The notes under the pieces: model-generated
The model's input: only the letters and a program-made list of their open reading frames with translations
Database searches by the model: none
Told to the model about the DNA's origin: nothing
Part shown: positions 13,582 through 27,062 of the stretch, piece after piece
How positions within the stretch are numbered: position 1 is the first letter of the stretch
Layout: each line of letters begins with the position of its first letter
Assembly (NCBI GenBank): GCA_002104905.1
Contig: MCFE01000604.1
Span: 1-54,113, forward strand
Source: Basidiobolus meristosporus CBS 931.73
Taxonomy: Eukaryota; Fungi; Basidiobolomycota
Direction of reading: 5' to 3'
Length of the DNA: 54,113 bases
Made by a program: the position numbers and the translations under genes

Positions 13582-16500
13582 TGTTGTAAAAGTTTGTAAT
13601 TCCACCTAAATATTCAACTAACTGAGTAACTAGGATCTTTACCTACAAATATTTGAGAACACTGATCACATTCCCTGTTGGGATTAGCTAGGAATATTTT
13701 TACCAAAATATATATGAGGTACCCAGAACTTGAAAATTCTCAAAGATGTCCAAGCAGCCCTAAACTTTGCACACATGTTCTTGGAATCTTCCTGAACCTA
13801 TTCTACATGTTTGCCTTGCCAACAAAATTTAGAGTATAAATAATACTTTTGTCTTCAATAAATCATTGAGTGAAAATCACTGAATCTAGTTGCTCTCCTA
13901 ATCCCTTCCTATATCTTGAAGACTCCTACTGCTGGTTATGAGCCCCAAGCTGTCACTCTCTGCAATGTCTAATACTGCTATAACTTAATTATTTTCCTCT
14001 GCTAATAAGCTGGATGGATTGAACTACCAAGTGTAGAAGGTGAAGATGAAGCTGCTGCTACAATAAAGGGATCTTTGGGATATTGTTGTGGGAGAAGAAG
14101 GCCCTCCTGAAAATGTAGGAGAGAAAGCCTTAGAGTACCAGACAAAAGACCAAAGTGTTTAAGCTATCTTTGCCTTGATAATAAAAACAAGTTGCTAATT
14201 CAATGCTCAAGAGCAAACATGACAAAAATGCAAGAAAGGCACTTGAAGACACATACCAGTCATGTCCAGCTGCCAAGAAAATGTATCTTACATATAAGTT
14301 CTTAACTACAAAGATGCTACCAGATGAAGAAATGGAAAATATAGGTAACAGAATAGCCCTATTGGTGGATGAGATGGGATCTGCAGGTGTACCAAATACT
14401 GATGAGGATGTTGCAATTTAAGAAGTGATTTGGATATAAGGAACTTATCAAGAAATAGTGATAATAGTTGAACTGTTGTTTATTCACAAAGAAGCGCAGT
14501 ATTTATACCTTTGTAGAAGTAATACAGCTGTAACACAAAGTAGGGAGGGTTTCTCAATATTCAGGAGCATTCTGTAACAGTTTCAGGGTTAGTACATAAT
14601 GTTTGGTAATAGTGCTAATTTGATCCTGACTATAGGGGAATAATCATAAGATCATATATCTGGAGAAAGTGGCAAAGTTAATGCAGTAAATGAGTCCTAC
14701 AGTAACTAAGACTAGTCTAGAATTGTTAAATAAATTTTTAGCTGCTGAATGATACCAAATAGTCCAATATTTCAGCACTCCCCCTCAACTAAATAATTCC
14801 TGAATCCTAATTCCTCCCTGAGATTCTCAAATTGTGGCATAGCTAGTGGTTTTGTCAATATATCTGCCGCCATTTTGTTAGATGAGCAGTACACTAACTC
14901 TACTAAATTTTTCTCTACAGCTTCCCTTGCAAAGTGATGCAGTATATCAATGTGCTTAGTTCTGGCATGATTAGTAGGATTTCTAGCAAATGAAATACAA
15001 CTTTGATTATCCTTGTAAATACATGTTGGCTCATCTGAATTAAAACCTAAGTCTTTGAATAATTTTTGTAGCCTGTCTGTTTAAGTGCTGCTCGGTCACT
15101 TGTAGCTATAATTAGGTTGTCCACATAAAGAACTAGGATGATCACACCCTTTTTGAGCTGTTTAACATATATACTGTGAACTGCAGTGCTATGAGAGAAC
15201 CCAATTTCCTCTAGATATGTGTCAATCTTGTCATACCATGCTCTAGGTGCCTGCTTAAGCCCATACAATGATTTTCTAAGTTTGCACACTTTATGGGGGT
15301 CTTTTGGATTGGTAAAACCTTCTAGTTGCTCCATATATATAGTTTCTTGCAAATCCCCATTTAGAAAGGCTGATTTGATGTCCATTTGTTGTAGATCTAG
15401 ACTGTGTACAGCTGCCAGGGCTAGGACTGTCCTAATAGAGTTAAACTTGGCAACCAGAGCAAATGTTTCCTTAAAGTCTAGTCCCTGGATCTGGGAATAA
15501 CCTTTAGCTACCAATCTAGCCTTGTACTTATCAACGGCACCATTTGAGGTTATCTTGATCTTGTAGACCCATCTACATCCAATTGGCTTTCTCCCATTTA
15601 GTAAATCTAACAGTTCTCACGTTTTTGCCTTGATCAGTGAGAGGTACTCCTCTTGCATGGCTTGTTGCCACTTAGTAGCATTCGGACTTTGCATTGCCTG
15701 TTCCAGATTTGGAGGTTTGGCACATAAGGCAAGATAAGCTTCTTCATGATCATTGGATGTCTGCCACCAGGATCCAGGGGCATTTCTTATTCTGGTAGAT
15801 CTCCTAACTGGAATAATCTGTTCTGATCTGGAACTGGTAGACGTATCTTCTGTATCTGGCTGGATTTGGTACATATATTCTTCATTAGTGTTGAATGCAT
15901 CATCAGGCAGCTGGCCAATGATTTCTGTGGCTTTCTGATCTGAATTCTCCTCAAATGCAATGTCCCTGCGCTTGATCAGCTTCTGAATTTTGCCATCATA
16001 CACTTTACACCCTTTAGTATCTTCACAATACCCAAGAAAGATCCCTTTCCTACTCTTTGGTTCCAACTTTGAGTGTTTTTTGTCAGGGATGTGATAAAAA
16101 ACATCACTGCCAAAGATCTTGAGGTGCTGGAGATCTGGTTTTTTACCTGTATATGCTTTAAAGGGTGTAGAGTTGTGTAGTGCTGTTGTTGGGCATCTGT
16201 TCTTGATGTATACAGCAGTAGTAACAGATTCAGCCCAAAAGTTGTAGTCCATTCCCTTATCATGTAGCATGGATCTTCCCATCTCTACTATTGTTCTATT
16301 TGCATGTTCTGCTACTCCATTTTGCTGTGGAGAATGAGGAACAGTTGTCTGTTGAAGTATACCAGTAGATGAGCAGTATTTTTCAAACTCTTTTCAGCAA
16401 TATTTCTCTCCATTGTCACTTTGTAGTACCTTCAATTTACACCCAGTTTGTGTTTCTGTCGTGTTCTTGAAGTGTTTAAGCGTCTCTAAAGCTTCATCCT

Positions 16501-18770
16501 TTGTTTTGAGGAAGTACACCCATGTATATCTTGTTTTGTCATCAATAAATGTCATAAAGTATCTCTTGGCTCCAAAGGACAGTGTTCTCATGGGGCCATA
16601 TATGGCTGAGTGTACAGTAGCCAGTATTTTGGTGGTATTGATGCCTCCTGAGCTCTTGAAACGTTATCCAGCTTGTTTGCCATATGAACATCCCTCACAG
16701 ACATTCAATTTGATTGGAATTGTGTAATTTAGGCCCAAAACTAGTTGATTTTTCACCAATTGGCTCATTTTCTGTTCCCCTATGTGCTGTAGCCTCCTAT
16801 GCCACATCTCCCAGCTGGCTTTATCAGTTTCAGCAATGTTGACATGCTTAGGTACAATGATCTTGCATTGTAACTTGTATATATTGGGATCTCTGATTTC
16901 CAAAGGTAATTTTTACCCATTTACACTCAATATTGAGCAGCTCAGCTTAATAAAAACAAATTTCAGTCCCTGAGTAGTTGCTTTACTGACTGAGAGTAGG
17001 TTCTTAGCTATTCCAGGTACATAGAGTATGTTACTCAGTTTTGCTGTTGATGTCCCTGAGTTAACACTCATATTTAGTTGTATAGACCCACTGGCAGTAG
17101 CTTCCAATGCAGAGTTATCTCCCAGATAAACCTGTCTTACGGGAATAGTCTTTAAGTTGCTGAACCAGTCCTTTATACCACAAATATGCTGTGATGCTAC
17201 AGAGTCAATATACCATTCATTACTTTGGTTACTTGCACTCTCTTGTATGGCTACAAATAACTGTTCATCAGTAGTTATACTGTTTGCCTGCCATTGTTTC
17301 TGTTTTTGTCTGTTTTTTTTTTCTTGCATTCTCTTGCCCAGTGTCCTGGCTTTTTACAATAGTTGCAGCAACCAGGTTTTCTTTGGTTTTGTTGTTTTCC
17401 CTTCTTTTCTTAGTGCCTTTCTGAGCTGAATAAAGCATTATCTTCAATTTTCTCTGCTTGATCATTACGTCTGAGTTCTTCATGGAGCAGTCTTCCTTTG
17501 ACATAGTCTAAAATCAAGTTGTCTTCTCTGCTTTCAAATGAAAGTATGAGTGGCTCATACTTGTCTGGTAGGCTGCAAAGCAGACAGAGTATCTTTTCTT
17601 CATCATCTCCACCAGCATTAATACTGTAAAGTTCTTCTACAAGTGTCTCCATTCTGGTAATGAGTTGTAGCATGTCATCATCTGGCTTCTTCCTCATGTT
17701 GAAGAACTTTTGTTTCAAATAAAGCTTGCTTGATACTGACTTTGCTCTAAAGATCTTCTCTAAGGATTCCCATGTTGCTTTGGCAGTATTTGAGGCATGG
17801 ATTTGTCCAATGAAGGAGTCTTGCACATTGATTCATATGACATGGAAGGCCTTTCTCTCCTTCTGTTGAAACTTCTCCACATCTTTTGCTGTTCCTTTGG
17901 GCTCAACTTCCTTTCCTGTTACAATGTCCCAAAGCTTTCTTTCCTCAAGGTGGATCTGCATCTTGATTCTCCAAAGTCTGTAGCTCTTCCCATCAAACCT
18001 CTCCTTTACTGGGAAGATGTTGGTATTACTCTGTTTGCTAGTAGAAGTCTTCTTTAGAATAGATTAAGGCAATTGGGGCTCATAACCTGTTGCAATTTAA
18101 GATGTGATTTGGATATTAGGATCTTATCAACAAATAGTGATAATAGTTGAACTGTTGTTTATTAGTAAAGAAGCTCAGAATTTATACCTTTGTAGAAGTA
18201 ATACAGCTGTAACACAAAGTAGGGAGGGCTTCTCAATATTCAGGAGCATTCTGTAACAGTTTCAGGGTTAGTACATAATGTTTGGTAATAGTGCTAATTT
18301 GATCCTGACTATAGGGGAATAATCATAAGATCATATATCTGGAGAAAGTGGCAAAGTTAAGGCAGTAAATGAGTCCAACAGGGACTTAGACTAGTCTAGA
18401 ATTGTTAAGTAAATTTTTAGCTGCTGAATGATACCAAATAGTCCAATATCTCAACAGAGGATGTGAGAGTTACCATCTTGAATAGCCTGACAAAGGAGCT
18501 TCAGGGTCTTGTATCAGCACTAGAGTCCAGAACTGAAGTTTGACCTAAAATTACATATATGGAAGACTCCTGAATCTAAAATTAACAAAATCAGGTGCTA
18601 ACAACAAGGAAGAAGTAATGCTTCAATAAGCAGTGATAACCAACAAAGGAGGGACTCAAGACCTTTCAATGGCATCAGCAACCTGTTTTGCAACTACTGC
18701 AAAAGAAAATGACATATTACAGACCAATGCCTACTGAAGAGAGATAATGCACTAAAGAAGCCTGAATATT
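13582..18770 (+). mobile_element. Degenerate copia A copy A6 (5' LTR 13582-13933, PBS, gag), split by copia B
   Basis: LTR + GGTTATGAGCCCC + gag up to ...TDED at 14408; gag resumes (VRVTILNSLT) at 18462. Confidence 0.9.
14409..18456 (-). mobile_element. Full-length Ty1/copia family B element with two LTRs and TSD GAGGA
   Basis: LTRs 18088-18456 and 14409-14777 (369 bp, 18 mismatches by manual count); PBS 18075-18087; PPT at 14778-14790; GAGGA at 14404-14408 and 18457-18461; gag, PR (WYIDSVASQH), IN (SDNGE), RT (QMDIKSAFLNG, LYVDN), RH motifs; internal deletion near 15080 joining RT to RNase H. Confidence 0.95.
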
Positions 18771-18779
18771 GAAATGATA

Positions 18780-20340
18780 ATAAATCCTTGGAATATTCAA
18801 GTGTGTTTTCTTGAGCACTACTCTTGAAGAATGCTCAGCTTACAATTCCTGTGAAATAAGCTGCTTTCTTGTCAGTAATTCTATAGAGCTGTGGCTTTTT
18901 TCTCCTACATCCCTGTCTCAGGCTTGGGTAGACTTCTCTCTGTTAACCTTTACTTTTATAACTGCCAGCTCCTTCACTGTTACTTTGTCTGAGTACTTCA
19001 TGTATTGAACTACATGGTGCTTAGCTAATTTCACAGCTCAATAAGGTTGAAAAACTTGGCAGGGTCTAATTGGTGTGGTAGTAATAATTGCGTGGCATTG
19101 TTGCGGTCTTAATGCGCTCTACAGCTATTTTAAATAGATCTAACTGGCCATTACATCCTGTTGCCTTATATGGCAAGAAATATGACTGTCTCTTGATGGC
19201 CTCATTGCAAGTCTCTGATGGCATTATTACGGCAATATTGCAGCCTACAGCTAGCTCTGAACAATGCCACTATGCCAATTTACCAAATGATATTTCCTTT
19301 TTCTACCTCCTCTTGTGCAACTCATGTTTCACTGCACAATCACCCATCTTTATTTGCTAACCCACAACTACCTTGGGTATTCCACATATGGTTTGAATAA
19401 AAAAAAACTATGGCCTTCTGCTTACTAACCTCTGCAAATGTACACACCTGCCATAATTGACATACATCCATCACCTGAAGCTTACAGCTTTTTAGTATGA
19501 TACTTGCAAAGTTACATATGAAAAAATACAAATCCAGTTCATCCAATCTTTGCAACTTTATTGTTGCAAATGAGTATGAATATTTATTGGAACCTGTGAG
19601 AAGTACTTATGGTAGCAGATTCACTGTATTATCTTGCCAATTCTTTGAGTATCTTTGGTATCCTGAAGGGTTCATCTAGCTTGAAATGCACCCTATACAA
19701 CTTGTTCATCAGTAAAGGGATATTTTTGAAAAGCAAATGCAGTATTCCCGGTGGAAAGCTGTTGCTATAACAAATGCCCTCTATCTTAAGTATTTCTGGT
19801 TTCTGCTTGATTCTATATTCCAGCTGATGGCTTGTAGCTTGCCAACTTTGCTGCAGTTGCATGCTGACTCCTGTACCTTCTCTCTGTGGGAAGATGATGT
19901 TCTGGGTGTTGGTGTTTGGGTAATAATAATGTGTGTGAGTTACGAATTAAATCCCCTGGATCTTACACATCTGAGAGTAATAACATTCATTGTACCCGGA
20001 AAAACCTGTTATCTTGCTGATAGCTGGGGTATCTCCAAACGCAGATAATTATATGTGCTTTTACATAGCAGCAACTTATTGTTATCCTACTGGAAAACAT
20101 ATATAATTTGTCTAGCAATGGAGACAGATAGCAATCCAGGTTGGATGGTAATATGGGCCCAGATACCTGTGTGACTGCAATCATATTTTTGCTCTGATAC
20201 TGTAAGATGTGCAGCAGATTAAGGTTCATGAGATTAAGTGGCCAGCAGGATTTGCTGGTAGAGTACTTGTTTAATGAGAATCCATCAAGTGCTAAGGCAG
20301 AGGCATGGTTATACATTCCTGTTACAAGTCTTAGTATAAG
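18780..20340 (-). mobile_element. CACTA/En-Spm-like relic (Tnp2 transposase fragments plus ORF2 fragment)
   Basis: LALDGFSLNKY..CWPLNLMNLNL..SGPILPSNLDCYLSPLLDKL (ORF 19987-20316) and HLLFKNIPLLMNKLYRVHFKLDEPF (ORF 19629-19862); 18780-19010 matches ORF2 at 23230-23760. Confidence 0.75.
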
Positions 20341-20556
20341 AGTTGTAGAGGAATAGGGAGTTTAGCTAGTATTATGTTTGCTAAAACTTGAACTGACTCT
20401 TACTGAGGTTCCAGTAGCTCCTTATATACATTTTTGCTAGATCAATTGCTGACTAATTGTATTTGGTATTGTAGGTTGTGGCTGATGACACATTTGATTG
20501 CTTTGTTATCACCCAATAAGATCCCATTTAATATATGTATTCCTGTCTGATAAGGA

Positions 20557-20925
20557 TGTTGCAATTTAAGAAGTGTTTTGGATATAAGGGTTTTATCAAG
20601 AGATAGTGATAATAGTTGAACTGTTGTTTATTAATAAAGAAGCTCAGTATTTATACCTTTGTAGAAATAATACAGCTGTAACACAAGGTAGGGAGGGTTT
20701 CTCAATATTCAGGAGCATTCTGTAACAGTTGCAGGGTTAGTACATAATAGTAAGTATTAGTGCTAATTTGCTCCTGACTATAGGGGAGTAATAATAAGAT
20801 CATAGATCTGAAGAAAGTGGCAAAGTTAGAGCTGTAAATTAGTCCCACAATGACCAAGACTAGTCCAGAATTGTTAAGTTAATTTTTAGCTGCAGAATGA
20901 TGCCAAATAGTCCACTATTTCAAAA
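20557..20925 (-). repeat. Solo LTR of copia B with TSD AAGGA
   Basis: Homologous to 14409-14777; AAGGA at 20552-20556 and 20926-20930; no internal sequence. Confidence 0.92.
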
Positions 20926-21099
20926 AAGGATCTGCTGATTCATCTGCTGACTAATGCTGCTGATCTGACAGATAACACTGATAAACTGATAGGCTAAGCA
21001 TATAACTAATTGATTTGACTAAAAACTGATCTGACTTAAACATTCATTTGGTAGCTCATTATATATTCAGCTTTGTACCTGTAGAATAGCCACTCAAAG

Positions 21100-22371
21100 C
21101 TCATCACAACTTTGTCACATCAATGCAGTTGATGCTTTCAGCAAATGGCCCACTAATCAGGGTGATATTACCCTCAATTTCAGAGAGTCCTCACACTTCA
21201 CACAGTGCATCTTGTATTTGCCAGAATAAAAGTGCCTCTGCCCTCTACAAGGTCTGTTGATCCCAACTGAGAAGGTATCCAGAATACTCCTGATATGGAA
21301 CCTGTTGCTGATCACTCTGGGATATGGAAGTATACTGGAGCTTCAGAGCCTAGTATTCCAAGCTGGCTCTAAGTCATTTATGCCCTCTGCAATGTGGTTT
21401 GCTATTGCTCTGAGCTAGAAATGATGGCTTATAGGACTTTTGCTACCACGGATGGAGGGATGAAACCTTGTAAGGCAACGGTACTTTTAATAGCAGAGAA
21501 GCATAACAAGGCAATACCTTGAGTAGATTGAGGTAGATGATCCACAGTGATTGATATAGATTTCCTCCAATGTGTAAAAAGGAAATCCAGTGGTAGTAAT
21601 GAGATTGATGAGAAAAGACTGTTCCAATGAGTTAGTCATATCAAAATTAGTTTGTACTCAAGTAGAGGTGATGTGAGTTGATTTGGTGCAATCAAAATAA
21701 TTTTTCTGATGCTCCATGCATTATGATTAGATCTCCATCAATTGCCATACATCCCATTATTATGTTGCAAAAATCATCCACAAATAATGACTTAGTAACT
21801 TTATGATGATTTGCCAGCAAGTATATAATCAAAAAGGAAATCTGCAATTGATGTGATCTGATCCGTGTCAATGTAACCCAAGATGCATCATGCATAATAT
21901 ATGGAAAGTTCAACAATCACATTAGTTTTCATAGTTATGTTGTATACAACCAGGTTGATGCCAATATACTACTGTATAAGTAACCAAATCTGGCACTATG
22001 TTCCCTATCTCAAATCTTGACTCATCTTTAGTGCAACCCAGATACACCCATCCCCCAGCTTGCAAGCATGGTCTTGGCCAAAAACATCAGTGTCAGATCC
22101 ACTTGAGCTCTTGCCAAATGATTTTAGTATGGCCCAAGTGTCTATGGTGAGCCTTCATACAGATACATGGGTACTACTCATTAATCTAGCAGAGCTGGAT
22201 ACCTCAGAGAGTCAACAAAGATGTGAGAATCAGAGCAGAAAGCTGTGGCATGAGCTCTACATCAAGATGCCAGCATAGGTATGTAAGAAGATATATTACA
22301 AGACAAGTATGAAGATCAATAATGAGCTGAGAGTGAGGGGATTTGATGAGGAAGCCATGTGCAAATAATTG
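21100..22371 (+). pseudogene. Probable KDZ (Kyakuja-Dileera-Zisupton) transposase relic, 5' part
   Basis: Frameshifted motif-like segments: CxC1-like SCICQ...TPDMEPVA...ILELQSLVFQAG, PMCKK...IDEKRLF, HYVPYLK, CKHGLGQKHQCQI, NDFSMAQVSMVSLHTD. Heavily degenerate and recognised only by recall of family motifs. Confidence 0.42.
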
Positions 22372-23074
22372 CCCTATCAAAAGTAATTTGGCCCTGTAGG
22401 TGAATCTGATCCAGGTCTGCTATCATGATCTTTTTTGGAGACCATCATAATACCAGCAGCTTAGAATTAATGGCAGCCCACTACTAGTTTGGTATAGTGC
22501 CACCATACCAGTTTACCAAATGGAATTTCCTTTCACTACCTCCCCTTGTGCAATTCATATATCACTGTACAATCACCCCTATTCATTTGCTAACCCACTG
22601 CTACCTTGGATATTCCACATAAAGTTTGAATCAATAAGACTATGGCCTCCTGCTCACTAAGCCCTACAGATGTGCACACCTGTAGCAATTGACATACTCA
22701 TATCTATATCTATAAGAGTCTTGGAGATATTGGGAGTGATTTGGGAGAACAAGCAGATTATATGGTGTACACTTGATGATTTACTGAATGTAAAAGTAGT
22801 ATTTATACTTTTACATGGTCTTAGCATAACAAACACATAGAATAGGCTAAGGAAGGCACCAAGAATATGTGTGCAAACCATGGGGCTGCTTGAATAACAT
22901 TGAGAATCTTCATGTTCTGAGTACCTGGTATTTTGGTGAAAACATTCGAAGTAAATCCTGGCAAGAAATTTGGTCAGTATTCTATAGGCCCTGAAGGTAA
23001 TGATCTAAGTGACTAAGTTAGGTGACAATTTAGGTGGAATTACAGATTTTTTACATCACTCCCACTCAGCTAAC

Positions 23075-26000
23075 ATTCTACTTGCACAACTTTAGTAGGA
23101 ACCCAACAGCTTTATGCCACTGTTAATTCACCAGTTCCCATATGTCCTGGTCTTCAGCCAGCACTGTAAGATCTAGCTCTGCATCTGCCAGTCTTTGCAA
23201 TAAATCCTTGCAATATTCTGGTGCGTTTTCTTGAGCACTGCTCTTGAAGCAGTGCTGCAACCTCTTTATGTGCCTATTATTGTTCCAAAATTCCACAGCA
23301 GGCAATGTGATAGCCTCTGGAGCAATTGATACTGTAGCCTTGTCTATTAGTGGGATCTCCACTCTGTCAGCAGTGGAGGCCATGGTGGCTGTGGTTAATA
23401 AACTGCCTTTCTTGGCAGGCCCATCTACCTTACTGACAAATATAGAAGATGTGGAGGCTGTGGTAGACAAATTGCCTTTTTCAGTAAACTCATCTACCTT
23501 GCTGGAGTGTAGCTCAACTGGCTGTGGTTCTAACTCCTATTAAAACAGCTGTTTTCTTGTTGGTTATTCTTCTTTGATATGATGGGATTCAGTCTGTTCC
23601 TGGCTTGCAGCATTACTTGGCAAGAATTGCAGGTTTTTTTTACATGCCTCCCTGTCTCAGGCTTGGGTAGACATTTTACCTTTACCTTTTTCTTTATTAC
23701 TTCCTGGTCTTTCACTGCTACTTTGTCCAAATGCTTCTTGTAAAGAACTACATTTTCTCCTCAATACATCTTGCTCTGATGCATCTGTTCTGGCCTGCTT
23801 GTCCCTTGCTGGCACTCTTTTGGCAACCTGATGTTTCTTTTCCACTTGTTTTGAGCTCTCAACCATAATTGTGACAGGCTGCTGTAAAAGCGGCTGGTTT
23901 TTATCACTACCAGGACCACTGCTACTTTAACTGGGTGCTTCTTGAGTGGTACTACACTTTTGCCTTGACAAATGTTGTGCTAGTGCATCTGTGTCTGCCT
24001 ACTTGTGCCTAATTGGCACTCTTCCAGCTAGCTGACATCTCTGTGACACTTGTCTGGAGCTTTTGGCCCTGCTTGTGGCAGGCTATTGAGGAAGCTGCGG
24101 GTTTTTAGCCATGGCACCCTTGTTCTTCTGCCTTTGATAGTTTCTACTATTCTTAAAATACTTTCTTAGCATATCAATGCTGGCCCAAAATGTATTTGCC
24201 TGTTTGAATCCAGGATAATGCTCATGGAACAAGTCCAGTGCATTCTACTTGGCCTTGAGTTCCTGATGGTTCCATGGTATGCTGACCTCAAGGTGATGGC
24301 ATGCTAGACTTCTGACAGCCTCTTGAATATTAGCCCACTCTTCATTATTGCACTCAACAGCTTCACAGATCTTCAATGTCTTTTGATTTTTAGGCATTGG
24401 TATGAAAACCACATTGTCTCCCTCCAGCGCTGTGATAGGTTTTTCTGTGGGCTTTATCTTTGAGCATTGTTATTGTGCTTTAAAGACTGTACATTGTTCC
24501 TTTGCTGTTACACTGGAAATTACTCAGTTCTTGGCCATGACATCAAGCTACGTGAGTTCCTTCTTTGCAGCAAAGATACTGCGTTCTCTACCGGTGATAT
24601 TGATTGCTCTACACATATTATCCTCTCATCCTGTTTCTGGACTATTAACTGACTTCTCTGGGCCATTGCATCTATCCTATCAGCCACTGCACCTAATATC
24701 TTTTGCTTCATTAATGCTTTGGTATGAGCTGACTAGATACTTGCTAATATGGGTGGTGGTGGTGATGTTATGACCGCTACTTGACAGAGAGCCTGAGGAG
24801 TCTGCATTATTACCTTCAATGGGCACACTGTCCACAGGGCCTTTTTTGGATGTAGCCCTGCTTGTTACACTGAATGTCAAAGCAAGCTGTTGTCCAACCA
24901 TTCTTCTGTTGCCATCAGCGGTTGGGTTTGGTTGGGAACCAGACAACTTTGCTTTAATTTTTGCCGGCATATATATGGAAGTGAGTCAAACCAAAGGGGA
25001 AATAATGTTACATATATGTGTGTATGTGGTACCACAACTTTATTTGTAATGCTTTTTATAGCAGGTCATCATTGAATCTTACATTCATGTATGTGCAATG
25101 TCTTATATACAAGACTGTCTTAAGTTCACATGAGCATTGACCAAAAAGTGATATAATAGCATTGGGTTGTTGAAGGTCAAACTGTTTGCCCCATAGATAA
25201 GACTACTTTGACTCAATGCTGTAAGAGAAGAGAAATTAGGCCATGGGGCTATTGTGGCAAGCCTCTCAGCCTTGAAGCATGCAGACAGCATAGAAAGTAT
25301 TACAAGGATCACAGCCAGTATTTTGCCACCCAAGTTATATTTGACCATTCATTGATCAATACTGTACCAACATTATATTGCCAGCCAGTGGATACCTCTA
25401 AGTTGGCACCTGGTTGTCTTTGTCACCTTGCACAAACTGAGTCAGGTGCGTTTGTGATGACTTTACGCTCACCTCAGCCTTCTGAATATGGCACGCAAAG
25501 TGATAGCTCTGACAAAGAAGGTTCACTGATGGATTTGTTGTGTTGTACCATGACTAGTTTGGGGCTTGTTCTACAATGTAGAGGCTAACCAACAATATAC
25601 CACAACTTTCAGTATACTAATACTGAAATAGTTTATTGGGAGTTTGATATACCAATAGAAGTTATAACTTTCACAAATATCCTCAGTCTTAGGCTCAAAA
25701 TATACCATAGGCAGTGTTTATCACTTCTACAGCTGTGTTCTGACCTTCTGTCAACTAATGGGCTTATTTGCTTTTATAGTAGCTTTTCCTTATTTGGAAG
25801 TCACTTTCCTTTCTGAGAGAAGATTTCCTAATATGGAAATTCTGAACTCCCCTTTAACCTAAAGGGGTGTGTTGTAGAAGTCTCTAAAGGGGTCCTTAGA
25901 CCTAAAGGGGTGTCTAAAGGGGTGTCCTTAGAGTAAAGGGGCTTCTGGTAGTGGTCTCTAAAGTGGACTTTACACTAAAGGGGCTTCTTAGAAGGGACTT

Positions 26001-27062
26001 TTCTGAAAGAAACGAGGTAGTTTTTGTAGAACTTAGATTGGATTCTTATGAGCTTTGCGGCCTCTTTACTGATGTAGTATTGATCAATGTCAGAATACTC
26101 TACAGTGCAAGTGATGCAGGGGAAGTCTTATAACCTTTAAACTTGTAATTGTAGTGTGAAGATTCTGGAAAGAGAGGCTCTCCTTTATTTTTCAGCTGGG
26201 GAAGTCATATATATGAGATTTCTGAAGGATCAAAGTTTTTGGGCAATTGCGCAAGCAATACACATGATACAAAGCTAAAACATTGCAGTGGTGCAGATTG
26301 GACATAGGCACAGCACCTGTGAAAATTTCATGTATCCCATAACAACAGTACCATGTATGAGTCCGGTCAAATCCCTATATGCAATGAGAAAACACCTGTA
26401 GAAACAAATGCCAAGGATACTTTATGGAGCCAAGTGAGCCCAGTAATCCATCTACTGGTGAATGATGTAATGTTGCGGCTAGAGAAGTGGCGTGTTTCCA
26501 CTAATAGCAGTAATGGGGGCTTTGAGGATTTATTACTACTTCTTGCCAAAATTATTCCAATATGCAACTTACCATGTATATGGTATAGGTGGACAACCGT
26601 CATGTGGCTGGCAACATATGACCCAGAGACTGTCCTGATTCCAGCATGTGTTAACAGTTGCCTGCATTCACATCTAAAAATGCCACCATTGTAATGTGTC
26701 CAAATTGTTGGGAATCCACCAGCATTGAGTGAAAACATTGCTCACACTCCAGATATATTCTGAGAATACCCAATCTAAGGAAGCTCATGCAGTCTAACAA
26801 ATATTGCAAAGCTATAAAGTAATGCCCTCAGCATCAATCAAGCACAAATATATCCTATATACTTGGTGGTAAATATAAAAAACAGTTAAGAAGCCAGGGC
26901 TACCTAGAAGGTAAGTATGACTAAAACACCATCATGATCCCATCATAAGATTGTTAGGAGGGTCACTAATTCCAAGCTGCTGGTATTATGATGGTCTCCA
27001 AATGGGATCCTGATGGCTGATCCAGATTGGATCCACTTGTGGGCCCAAATTAATTTTCATAA
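23075..27062 (+). mobile_element. Inner CACTA-like copy: ORF2 (minus, ~23100-24970), transposase N-terminus (plus, 25208-26740), right terminus
   Basis: Inverted homology to 32060-33940; ORF 25208-25588 (GYCGKPLSLEACRQHRKYY); GATC-rich terminal block 26960-27062. Confidence 0.7.
25537..26330. other. ~0.8-kb insertion in the inner CACTA copy, possibly a solo LTR
   Basis: Absent from homologous copies at ~32340-32390 and ~38690-38730; begins TGTTG, ends TTTCA; has ~7 CTAAAGGGG-like motifs at 25859-25985; no clean TSD. Confidence 0.45.

Noticed and set aside
21116-21151. HINAVDAFSKWP, resembling a gypsy integrase motif
   Set aside because: Isolated; no further integrase motifs, LTR or PPT nearby.
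21050-22330. LINE reverse-transcriptase relic on the minus strand (LFVDDF in ORF 21692-21916)
   Set aside because: The other RT motifs are weak; the plus strand gives an ordered series of KDZ-like motifs that continues after 34160. Not fully excluded.
25859-25985. CRISPR-like or telomeric repeat array
   Set aside because: Irregular spacing, 9-bp motif only, and eukaryotic context.
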